A model generated the notes under the pieces. The model saw only the letters and a list, made by a program, of their open reading frames with translations, was not told where the DNA came from and ran no database searches. A DNA stretch of 64,000 nucleotides from an uncultured Enterobacteriaceae bacterium (lineage in GTDB: Bacteria > Desulfobacterota > Binatia > Bin18): assembly GCA_964495015.1 (NCBI GenBank), contig CAZBUD010000001.1, positions 69,357-133,356 on the forward strand, in the 5' to 3' direction. The position numbers were made by a program, and so were the translations under genes. Each line of letters opens with the position of its first letter. Within the stretch, counting starts at the first letter, position 1. Positions 1 through 7,865 of the stretch are shown in pieces.

Positions 1-26
1 GGCCAATAAGCTTCCGGTATGTTGGC

Positions 27-419
27 TTGCTGGGAATCAAAGCGGACTCCACGCTTGATATCCTTAAGCGAATTGAAGCTGGGGTCTCATTCAGAAATTT
101 TGAAAAGTTTCAGCGTACGGTTGCACTTCCTCTCGGCGAACTCGCCTTGTTGATCCAAGTGAAGCCGCGGACCCTGACGCGGCGGCAAGCTGAGGGGCGT
201 TTTCAGCGGGACGAATCCGACCGGCTGTTACGTGCTTCACGACTCTTTCAGATGGCCGTGGACTTGTTCGAAGGGGATACTGCCGCTGCCAGAATATGGG
301 TGGCTTCGTCCAAGAAGGCGCTCGGAGGGAAAACACCTCTCGAGTTTGCCCGAACCGAAGTTGGCGCAGGGGAGGTCGAAAATCTTATTGGTCGCCTTGA
401 ATATGGTGTCTATTCTTAA
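27..419 (+). CDS. Xre/ParS/MbcA-type antitoxin (HTH plus DUF2384-like C-terminal domain) of a RES-Xre toxin-antitoxin pair; possibly 5'-partial
   Basis: ORF 27..419. The frame stays open back to nt 3, and TTG at 27 is the only in-window start. The sequence RTLTRRQAEGRF..DESDRLLRASRLFQMAVDLFEGD..AARIWV..KALGGKTPLEFARTEVGAGEVENLIGRLEYGV fits the conserved antitoxin layout. The stop TAA overlaps the ATG of the next gene (TAATG, 417-421). Confidence 0.8.
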   Translation: MLGIKADSTLDILKRIEAGVSFRNFEKFQRTVALPLGELALLIQVKPRTLTRRQAEGRFQRDESDRLLRASRLFQMAVDLFEGDTAAARIWVASSKKALGGKTPLEFARTEVGAGEVENLIGRLEYGVYS

Positions 420-882
420 TGGTCGAGTCATGGCGCATCATCAAAACAAAGCATGCCGCCCAAGCATTTGACGGTGAAGGCGCGCGTCGCTACGGGGACG
501 CTGGAAATCTCCGGGCCGGCGCGCTGTGTATACTTCGTCGACTATTTCCCTGGCAGTTTTAGAAGTGCTTGTGCACCTTGAGCAGAGTGCATTTTTACCG
601 GCCTATTCGCTCCAGCGTGTCCAGCTCGATGAGTCACAGCTCCTACCGCTCCCACGGACAAAACTCCCCAAAAATTGGCGCAACGATCCAGCTCCTTCAA
701 CCCTTCGGGCTCTTGGAGATCAGTGGCTCTCAGAAGGACGGTCTCTCCCCTTGGCTGTGCCCAGCGCACTTGTCCCACATGAGACCAACTATCTCCTCAA
801 TCCGGATCACTCGGCCTTCTCTCACCTTTTCATCGAACCCGCACAACCATTCTCGTTTGATCGGCGTTTACTGAGAAAGTAG
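419..882 (+). pseudogene. RES-domain toxin (NAD+-targeting RES family), disrupted by a 1-nt frameshift
   Basis: From ATG 419 the N-terminal codons read MVESWRIIKTKHAAQAFDGEGARRYG. The rest (GRWKSPGRRAVYTSSTISLAVLEVLVHLE...NYLLNPDHSAF, ORF 526..882) lies in another frame. The junction is the G4 run at 494-497, and one extra G restores the canonical ARRYGGRW.SPG..VYTS motif. Confidence 0.8.
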
Positions 883-1186
883 TTTAGATGGAGCCGCGAG
901 AGAACCAAGATTCAACCTTATGATTGAATGAATGTGATTACAGGCTCTGCTTTTCATCAAATCTCTGTTGCATTATTTCCGTGGAACCTCTTCCACTGAG
1001 CTGTACAGACGCGCTAGGATGTCTTCTGTGGAGGGGAGGCCCGAAGGAAAAAGGAAGGGAACCCACGGACCTTCGCCTTGCCGGATCGGGAACAATCCAG
1101 CAGCTACCTACCCCAACGCCAGCGTCGTCTCTTGCTAAGTTCATGTCGCAGCCTGTACGGTATTCGCCAATACAGGGAGGACGCCT

Positions 1187-1651
1187 ATGTCGGATGCACT
1201 ATTCACAGTCTCAGGACAGTCAGAATCACCGACCCGTCTTGCCGTACAGGCGAGAGACTTCGAGCTGATTGTTGATGAACCCCCCAGTCTGGATGGAGAT
1301 GATGAAGGTCCGAATCCGGTTGAATATATCCTTGCCGGGCTCGCCGGGTGTCTCAACGTAATGGGGCATATTATTGCAAAGGAGATGGACTTCACCATCC
1401 GCTCCCTCAAGATCAACGCTGCGGGCCCACTGAATCCAGCCAAATTGCTCGGTCAACCGACGGATGATCGGGCGGGTTATAAAAGCATCGCAGTCACACT
1501 CAACGTTGATGCTGATGTTGACCAGGCTACGCTTGATCGCTGGCTGGCAACCATCGAATCCCGGTGTCCGGTATCGGATAATCTAATGAATCTGACGCCG
1601 GTTTCGATACACGCTACACCTGCTGAGTCTTCTGAGGCTGCGGCTCTCTAA
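1187..1651 (+). CDS. OsmC family peroxiredoxin-like protein
   Basis: 154-aa ORF preceded by the RBS GGGAGGA. Motifs DEPPSLDGDDEGPNPVEYILAGLAGC and ..ESRCPVSDNL carry the two conserved Cys of the OsmC/Ohr fold. Confidence 0.85.
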   Translation: MSDALFTVSGQSESPTRLAVQARDFELIVDEPPSLDGDDEGPNPVEYILAGLAGCLNVMGHIIAKEMDFTIRSLKINAAGPLNPAKLLGQPTDDRAGYKSIAVTLNVDADVDQATLDRWLATIESRCPVSDNLMNLTPVSIHATPAESSEAAAL

Positions 1652-1726
1652 CGCCGAGCATCCCCGCTTTTCAGATCTATTCTCGCCTGCTCGTCACCCA
1701 AGAAAGAAAGCAAGAGAGATAGAAGA

Positions 1727-1951
1727 ATGCCTCAGCTCACAGCCATATCCCTTTCCCAGCTTCTGCAGAATCTCCAAGAGATCTACGATCAACAGGGAGA
1801 TGTAGAGGTCTATCTTGTAGCAGATGCTGGGACTGACCTGCCCATTACAGAAGTGACAGTCAGCCCACTCGGAAATGATCCTGAGCAAAGAGTGGTCCGC
1901 CTCCAGGGTCCAACGACCCGAACCGTAGACCCAGAGCTAGAAGATTGGTAG
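1727..1951 (+). CDS. hypothetical small acidic protein
   Basis: 74-aa ORF with a weak RBS and no recognisable motif. Confidence 0.35.
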   Translation: MPQLTAISLSQLLQNLQEIYDQQGDVEVYLVADAGTDLPITEVTVSPLGNDPEQRVVRLQGPTTRTVDPELEDW

Positions 1952-2126
1952 TCCGATTCTCCTTAGAGTGTGTCTAATAAGTGTCTCCGTGGCCGAAGCC
2001 CGAGCGAAAGCAGCATGACCAAGGCGCCCGAACCAGCTATATCCGCTGTGATATGGCGATGCAGGGCAACAGGGACATGCTGCTTGCAGCCGGGCGACGC
2101 TCAGAACGTACCTTTTGGACACACGC

Positions 2127-3899
2127 TTAGCGCACCATCTCCCACTCCGGCATGGTGAGCACCCCAGGCTTGGTCCAGAGACCCAGGCGTTGTCCCATCT
2201 GGGCGACGGGGTGAATCATCTGTACCGCCTGACGCAGGGCAACTCCTGTCGCACTAGTCTTGGCGGCGGCATCATCACCGCCTTGCAAACTTGTCAGGAC
2301 AGCCTCAAACAGGGTCTTGGGGGCGGGAAAGAGTTTCAGATAGACACCAGCATCCTCAGCAATCCCAGCCGCATCCTTGGCGAGTTGCAGCGCGACGGGG
2401 AATCCGCCGAGTTCATCAACCAGCCCTATGCCTTTGGCATCCTCGCCGGTCCAAATCCGTCCTTTGGCCACGGCATGAACCTGTTCTTGGCTGAGACCGC
2501 GTCCCTCAGCAACCTTACCGGTGAAATCTTCATATACTCGGTCGAGCCACGCGGTAATCCGCGTCCATTGTTCCGGAGTGTAATCCAGCGAACTCGACCA
2601 CATGTTTGCATTGGTGCTGGTATGGACCTCATCCGACGACAAGCCTATTTTCTCCGCCAGCTCAGCGGTCAGCATTTTTCCACCGAGCACTCCGATGGAG
2701 CCGGTAATCGTTCCGGGTTGGGCCACAATCTTGTCCGCGGCCATCGCCACAAAATAGCCGCCCGAGCCTGCCACATTGCCCATAGACACGATGACGGGTT
2801 TCCCGGCCTCTTTGGCCCGAATGGTCTCGCGCCAAATCGTGTCTGAGGCCACATATGACCCGCCCGGACTATCCACGCGAAAGAGAATCGCCTTGACCGC
2901 CTTATCTTGAACGGCGGCGCGGAATGCTGCGGAAACAGAATCCGCGCCCATGGTGGGACCGCTAAAGGCTGCACTATATTCGCTCTTGCCGCGCCGGACC
3001 CCGCCGACGCCGTAAATCAGAGCAATCGCATCTCCGTCAGTATGCGGTCGGCCCATGCGCCGCAGATAGGACAGCAGGCCGAGTCGCTGTGCATCATCCC
3101 CAACAGTGTCTTCGACCCGGGCAAAGACTTCATCCCGGTACATGAGCCCATCAACGAGTTTCTCTGCCAGCGCCTGTCGTCCCAGAAAAGGTCCACGATC
3201 AACAAGTCCACGCACGTGCCCGGCCTCAAGTCCACGCCCGTCAGCAATCCCCTGAACGATTTGCCCAAACTGTGACTCGATAATCTGCAGTATCGCCTCA
3301 CGGTGCGGCGGAGTGTATTTTTTCTCCGTAAACATGTTCAGCGCATTTTTGTACTCGTAGCGGTGATCCATGCGTGGAATGATCCCCAGCTTCTCAAACG
3401 TCCCACTCACAAACGAGGATTCTGCCATCAGCCCGGTCAGGCCGATATCACCAGAGGGTTGGAGATAGATCTCATCAAAGGCTGATGCCAAATAATAGGC
3501 ACCGTTTCCTGGCCCAAACTCACCAAACGTTTCAGCATACGCAATGGCCGGCTTGCCGCTTTGACGAAAGGCAAGCACCGCATCCCGAACCTCTTGGATC
3601 TCGGCTAACCCCATGCGCGGATTACCCGCCCGAGCAACCAGCGCCAGCACGCGGTCGTCGTCTGCGGCCTGCTGGAGCGCCTCAACCAGATCTCGTACAG
3701 AAACGGTTTGTTCCATCAGGATACTGGCCAGCGGGTCATCCGGGATATACTCGGCAAATTCACGTTCAAAGTCGATCTCGACAACAACTTTGTCAGGGAC
3801 ACTTTCTTTACTCATCAGCGTTGAGATCGTGCCAACAACGGCCATGACGACGACCCACGCGCCAATAAGCATAAGCATCCGCCCTAAGAATTTTCGCAT
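2127..3899 (-). CDS. sppA: signal peptide peptidase SppA, 67K type (tandem S49 domains)
   Basis: 590-aa ORF preceded by the RBS GGGAGGA. It has an N-terminal TM helix (MLMLIGAWVVVMAVVGTISTL), two ClpP/crotonase-like halves and the serine motif GNVAGSGGYFVAMAADKI. Confidence 0.9.
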   Translation of the reverse strand: MRKFLGRMLMLIGAWVVVMAVVGTISTLMSKESVPDKVVVEIDFEREFAEYIPDDPLASILMEQTVSVRDLVEALQQAADDDRVLALVARAGNPRMGLAEIQEVRDAVLAFRQSGKPAIAYAETFGEFGPGNGAYYLASAFDEIYLQPSGDIGLTGLMAESSFVSGTFEKLGIIPRMDHRYEYKNALNMFTEKKYTPPHREAILQIIESQFGQIVQGIADGRGLEAGHVRGLVDRGPFLGRQALAEKLVDGLMYRDEVFARVEDTVGDDAQRLGLLSYLRRMGRPHTDGDAIALIYGVGGVRRGKSEYSAAFSGPTMGADSVSAAFRAAVQDKAVKAILFRVDSPGGSYVASDTIWRETIRAKEAGKPVIVSMGNVAGSGGYFVAMAADKIVAQPGTITGSIGVLGGKMLTAELAEKIGLSSDEVHTSTNANMWSSSLDYTPEQWTRITAWLDRVYEDFTGKVAEGRGLSQEQVHAVAKGRIWTGEDAKGIGLVDELGGFPVALQLAKDAAGIAEDAGVYLKLFPAPKTLFEAVLTSLQGGDDAAAKTSATGVALRQAVQMIHPVAQMGQRLGLWTKPGVLTMPEWEMVR

Positions 3900-4146
3900 A
3901 CCATCCTCCCTCTAACTGTTCCCATACCAGCCTAGCAGAGAAAGGTGAGCGGACGGGAGTGGGAAGACAGAGATAAAGACACAATCCAAAATAAAATGGA
4001 CAGACAAAGAGCCTTAGAAACTATGAGGAAAAGCGGTGCGAGCGCAGGAGATTTTTACACAGCTGCTTACTCTTTTCTTCCATTTCCCGTAAACTCTCCC
4101 ACGCGGAGCCCCTATGAAATAGGAGTCCATCTTTCTCTTCCCTCCT

Positions 4147-4385
4147 TTGCGCTTCGATCCAGCCAATGCCCAACTCTGGAATGGAGCCCAGGAGATTCCT
4201 TTGAGGCCACAGGCCTTGGCCCTCCTGCGCTATTTGCCGGAGCATGCACCGCGGCTTGTCACCAAAAAAGAGTTATTTGAGCAATTCCGGACGACGCGTA
4301 TGGCAGCGAAAGGAATCTCTGGGTTTGCATCGGGGCGTTACGCAAGACTCTCGGGGATCAGGCGAGAGCCCCGCAGTTCATTCAG
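4147..4385 (+). pseudogene. N-terminal winged-helix (OmpR/PhoB-type DNA-binding) fragment of a large ATPase-type regulator, frameshifted and truncated
   Basis: LRFDPANAQLWNGAQEIPLRPQALALLRYLPEHAPRLVTKKELFEQF continues only after a frame change near 4286-4290, as PDDAYGSERNLWVCIGALRKTLGDQARAPQFIQ. Homology ends at ~4385, where the 3' end of the convergent MCP remnant begins. Confidence 0.6.
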
Positions 4386-5335
4386 CTTAAATTGGCCGAC
4401 AACCGTCTGCAGGCCTTCGGCTTGTTCTTGCATCGACTTCGAGGCCGCCGACGTCTCTTCCACCAACGCCGCATTCTGCCGCGTAAACTGGTCGAGTTGG
4501 GCCACCGGCGTGTTCACCTGATCGATGGCCGAAGACTGTTCCTCTGAAGCCGCACTAATTTCGCCGATGATATCAGCCACACGTTTCACCGAGCAGACGA
4601 TCTCTTCCAGCGAGGTGCCGGACTGATTGACCAATTTGCTACATTTATCCACCTTCTCCACACTGTCCTGGATCAGGCCCTTTATCTCTTTGGCAGCGCC
4701 CGCACTCCGTTGGGCTAGGTTGCGCACTTCTGCGGCCACCGCCGCAGAGACACGGCCATGCTCACCCGCCCGGGCGGCCTTGAAGGTCAGGAGATTCGTC
4801 TGGAATTCGATTTCATTAATCACGCCGATGACCTCCGCGATCTTTTTGGACGACGCATTAATCACTTCCATAGACGAGACCTTTTTCTCGACCACCTCGC
4901 CGCCTTTTTCCGCCACCTCGCGGCACTAGAGGGCGAGTTGGTTGGCCTCTTTGTTGTCCGCATTCTGGCGCACGATTGAGGTCTTTCTTCCATCGAATCC
5001 GCCATTTCCTCGAGTGAAGCGGCCTGTTTCTCCATGCGTTGGGTCAGGTCGTCATTGCCTGAGGCGATCTCGCCTGACCCGTGGACGATGATTTCGGAGG
5101 CTAAGCGGATCATTGCCTTTGGCCATACCCTCCAGGGGCACCGCTTTCTTCCCTGGCTTGTACCTGCTCGGTCACATCCGCGGCATACTTCACGGCTTTG
5201 AAAGGCTGCCCGTTGAGGTCCGCGATGGGGTTTTACTCCGCACTCCCGGCATAGGCGGGCTTGGCGAACATCCAGTGATGCTGCCCCTGGGACAAAAGCT
5301 CGTCAATATTGAATGGGGGCTCGCTACAGGAGGTG
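4338..5335 (-). pseudogene. PAS-domain methyl-accepting chemotaxis protein, degraded (frameshifts, in-frame stops, N-terminus missing)
   Basis: The MCP signalling domain is readable (EEMADSMEE / TSIVRQNADNKEANQLAL*CREVAEKGGEVV...FQTNLL..ARAGEHGR..AVAAEVRNLAQRSAGAAKEIKGLIQDSV...QFKLNE). It has a frameshift near 4985, an in-frame TAG at 4926-4928 and a shortened hairpin-tip motif. Upstream PAS-like sequence (NPIADLNGQPFKAVKYAADVTEQV) is interrupted by TAA at 5233-5235 and lies in a different frame. Confidence 0.8.
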
Positions 5336-5385
5336 TCGGATTACGCTCCGCTAATCGACCTGCGGGACTAATGCTATAAATCCAC

Positions 5386-5793
5386 TCACGCAAACCGCAC
5401 CAGCGTCTCCGGACTATGAGCCACAACAGTGACGAATTGCCACGCATTGCTGGACTTGCACATCGTATACGTTGCGCTTAGGCGTTCGAGTTCTTCACCC
5501 GTTTTGGTGTAACGAACGGCAAGGCCGCTGAACAAAGCCACTTCTCCGCTGAGTTCTTTGATCTGAACATCCATGACTTCACTGTGGCTGTAATTTCGGC
5601 CCTGAAGTCCTTCAATAACTTGCGCAAATAGCTTTTCAATCTCTGCTTCATCGGAAAGCAGCATCACTCCTTGGTCCGTGATGAACAGACACGGGACGTG
5701 GTAAAAAGGCACCATCGCCTTGGTCTCACCGGCATGAAAAGTATCGAGGTAGCTCCCATAGAATTGTTTGATGTCCTCTTCTCGGTTAGGCAT
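5386..5793 (-). CDS. NTF2-like (SnoaL/DUF4440-like) protein
   Basis: I place the start at ATG 5793, which has the RBS AAAGGAGAG (the longer track ORF 5386..5919 has no RBS). The size of 135 aa and the alternating beta pattern are typical of NTF2-fold proteins. No catalytic assignment is possible. Confidence 0.55.
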   Translation of the reverse strand: MPNREEDIKQFYGSYLDTFHAGETKAMVPFYHVPCLFITDQGVMLLSDEAEIEKLFAQVIEGLQGRNYSHSEVMDVQIKELSGEVALFSGLAVRYTKTGEELERLSATYTMCKSSNAWQFVTVVAHSPETLVRFA

Positions 5794-5810
5794 GTTTATG
5801 TCTCTCCTTT

Positions 5811-6077
5811 CTAAAATTCTCGTGACGGCTCGGTGAGTTTTTCCAGTCGTGTCAAATAGGCCAATGCGTATTCGTTGCTCTGTCCGCACATCGGTGCGCT
5901 GGGTTGCAGGTCTCGGCATACCGCCGGACGTTCACGGAGACCAAATAGCAGACATCGATTCTCGGGGCTGAGATGGGGACAGCGTACTCCGGCAAGCTTG
6001 CCGGTCGGCAGCCCAGGTAGGGGGGATGAAATCGACGGGGCGATACAGCATCCGCCACAGCCTACTCGACATTCCAC
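5811..6077 (-). CDS. YkgJ-family cysteine-cluster (zinc/iron-chelating) protein
   Basis: (V/M)ECRVGCGGCCIAPSISSPLPGLPTGKLAGVRCPHLSPENRCLLFGLRERPAVCRDLQPSAPMCG carries the CxxCxxCC plus distal Cys pattern. I infer GTG 6077 as the start, because family members begin MECR. Confidence 0.6.
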   Translation of the reverse strand: MECRVGCGGCCIAPSISSPLPGLPTGKLAGVRCPHLSPENRCLLFGLRERPAVCRDLQPSAPMCGQSNEYALAYLTRLEKLTEPSREF

Positions 6078-6087
6078 GAAAGTTCTC

Positions 6088-6273
6088 TCAATCGACGGTC
6101 TCTGTCTGCAAAGGCGCTCGGTGTTTCGCTGTCGCTGCCTCGTCAAGGCTTAAATCGTCTCGTATAACCACCCCGTAATCGCACGCAGCACCTTGACGGC
6201 TGACATACCCGTCGATTACATCCTCACGTACGTGCACGGGAGCGCGTTCCCCACCCGCTAGCATATCATGCAC
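6088..6273 (-). pseudogene. C-terminal remnant (~55 codons) of a hydantoinase B/oxoprolinase-family gene
   Basis: LAGGERAPVHVREDVIDGYVSRQGAACDYGVVIRDDLSLDEAATAKHR matches the conserved tail (GGGG.GDP..R.P..V..DV..GYVS...A...YGVV......VD..AT..LR). The remaining ~500 codons are absent. Confidence 0.55.
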
Positions 6274-6314
6274 CCTTTACCACCTTCAGCGGGCCGGATA
6301 CAAGCAAGAAGGAA

Positions 6315-7190
6315 ATGAAGCCTCCGCCTTTTGACTACTACGACCCAACCAGCATCGAAGAGGCCGTCGATCTGCTCCAACGTTACGGAGACGAGGCAAA
6401 GGTGCTGGCGGGCGGGCAGAGTCTTATGCCGTTGCTGAATTTTCGACTGACTTATCCGTCTGCCCTGATCGATATCAACCGCGTAGCAGACCTTTCATAT
6501 ATTCAGCAAAAAGACGGACAGATCCGTATTGGGGCGTTAACTCGGCAGAGAACGATTGAGTTTTCCGAACTAGTCCGCAGCCAGCTTCCGCTTCTGTCTG
6601 AGGCAACGACACTCGCTGGTCATCTACCCATCCGGACGCGCGGCACCATAGGCGGCAGTCTGGCCCATGCCGACCCAGCAGCAGAGTATCCAACTGTCGC
6701 GATGGCCTTAGACGCTAAACTGGTCATTCAAGGACCAAGTGGTCAGCGAGTCGTCTCAGCTGAAGAATTTTTTGTGAACTATCTCACCACCGCGCTCACA
6801 CCGAACGAAGTCTTAACTGAAGTCCACATTTCACCCCCCCCTTCGACCAGCGGTTGGGCGTTTGAAGAGTTTGCCCGGCGGCATGGGGACTTCGCCGTTG
6901 TCGGAGTTGCGGCAGTAATTGATACGGATGGCGAACAGTGTCGGACAGCGCGTTTGGCTGCCGCTGGAGTTGGGCCAACACCGATCCGGTTACGCGCAGC
7001 AGAAGACATTCTTACACAAGAGGGAGTCACCAACCAAGCCATTGAAAATGCCGCAGTCGAAGCGGCCGAACTCGTCGGACCTAATAGCGATATCCATGCG
7101 TCAGCCGCTTTTCGACGGCATTTAACCCAAGTACTGACTCGCCGCGCGGTGAAACGTGCAATTGAACGCGGCCGGGAGCGAAAGACATGA
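6315..7190 (+). CDS. Mo-hydroxylase medium (FAD-binding, CoxM/CutM-like) subunit
   Basis: 291-aa ORF. FDYYDPTSIEEAVDLL..YGDEAKVLAGGQSLMPLLNFRL and RGTIGGSLAHADPAAE are FAD_binding_5/CO_deh_flav_C hallmarks. The 4-nt ATGA overlap with the next gene indicates coupling. Confidence 0.9.
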   Translation: MKPPPFDYYDPTSIEEAVDLLQRYGDEAKVLAGGQSLMPLLNFRLTYPSALIDINRVADLSYIQQKDGQIRIGALTRQRTIEFSELVRSQLPLLSEATTLAGHLPIRTRGTIGGSLAHADPAAEYPTVAMALDAKLVIQGPSGQRVVSAEEFFVNYLTTALTPNEVLTEVHISPPPSTSGWAFEEFARRHGDFAVVGVAAVIDTDGEQCRTARLAAAGVGPTPIRLRAAEDILTQEGVTNQAIENAAVEAAELVGPNSDIHASAAFRRHLTQVLTRRAVKRAIERGRERKT

Positions 7191-7699
7191 GCGAGCCTAG
7201 ACAGATCAATCAAAATAGGCAGATCACGCTCACGATCAACGGAACAGTGCACCGCGCACAGGTTGAACCGCGCAAATTGCTGGTTGATTTTCTGCGCGAA
7301 GATCTTGGTCTGACAGGCTCACACGTCGGCTGTGAACATGGCATCTGCGGGGCGTGTACGATTCTCGTCAACGGTGAATCCGCTCGCTCGTGTCTGATGT
7401 TGGCAGTCCAGGCCGATGGGACTGAGTTGATGACGGTTGAGGGTCTTGCTCAAGATGGCAAGCTCCACCCGCTCCAAACATCTTTTTGGGAACACCACGG
7501 ACTCCAGTGTGGCTTTTGCACACCAGGGATGCTGATGGCAGCCTACGATCTCCTACAAACAAACCCGACACCAAGCGAGGAAGAAATCCGCGCAGGCGTA
7601 TCCGCGGTTCTGTGCCGCTGTACCGGCTATCAGGGGATTGTCCAGGCTGTTCAGGCGGCGGCGGAACTTCGTGTTGATAATGAGGAGACCGAGGGATGA
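7187..7699 (+). CDS. Mo-hydroxylase small (2x[2Fe-2S], CoxS/CutS-like) subunit
   Basis: 170-aa ORF with the Cys motifs GCEHGICGACTILVNG and CGFCTPGM...CRCTGY. Confidence 0.9.
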   Translation: MSEPRQINQNRQITLTINGTVHRAQVEPRKLLVDFLREDLGLTGSHVGCEHGICGACTILVNGESARSCLMLAVQADGTELMTVEGLAQDGKLHPLQTSFWEHHGLQCGFCTPGMLMAAYDLLQTNPTPSEEEIRAGVSAVLCRCTGYQGIVQAVQAAAELRVDNEETEG

Positions 7700-7811
7700 G
7701 GCGTCAGATGTTCGGTTCTTTCCCTTCTCCCTGCTAGGCAGAGCGCAGCGACTGCGAAGCGGGAGCGGGTGAGGGTCGCTCAGATGAACATTTCATTTAG
7801 AGTCCCCTCAC

Positions 7812-7844
7812 CTAAATCCTCTCCCCTAAGGGGCGAGGATTTAG
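7812..7844. repeat. REP-like GC-rich hairpin (15-nt arms, 3-nt loop, 14/15 paired) inside the 167-nt S-L spacer
   Basis: ctaaatcctctcccc-taa-ggggcgaggatttag read directly from the sequence. It has the same C-rich/G-rich (cccctc..gagggg) flavour as the hairpin at 33926-33948. Confidence 0.6.
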
Positions 7845-7865
7845 TGATAGGCAAAGAGAAACAAA

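Noticed and set aside
494-497. Possibility that the RES toxin frameshift is programmed.
   Set aside because: There is no slippery heptamer or downstream structure. A simple G4-versus-G5 difference is better explained by mutation or base-calling error.
983-1014. tRNA-like fragment on the minus strand (gcgcgtctgtacAGCTCAGTGGaagagg) near the TA module, suggestive of an integration-site scar.
   Set aside because: Only a D-arm-like 10-mer with an approximate acceptor stem is present. The downstream sequence forms no anticodon or T arm, so no cloverleaf can be drawn, and a chance match of this length in 64 kb is plausible.
2115-2846. 243-aa plus-strand ORF antisense to sppA (similar cases: 22699..23373, 23548..24183, 31722..32570, 34388..35062, 36561..37361, 47874..48536).
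   Set aside because: These lie entirely within strongly supported genes on the opposite strand and have Arg/Pro/Gly-rich low-complexity composition typical of shadow ORFs in GC-rich DNA. They have no RBS and no motifs.
3945-4280. 111-aa ORF upstream of, and overlapping, the winged-helix fragment.
   Set aside because: It has no motif and no RBS, and it overlaps the better-supported regulator-head frame. It is probably non-coding debris.
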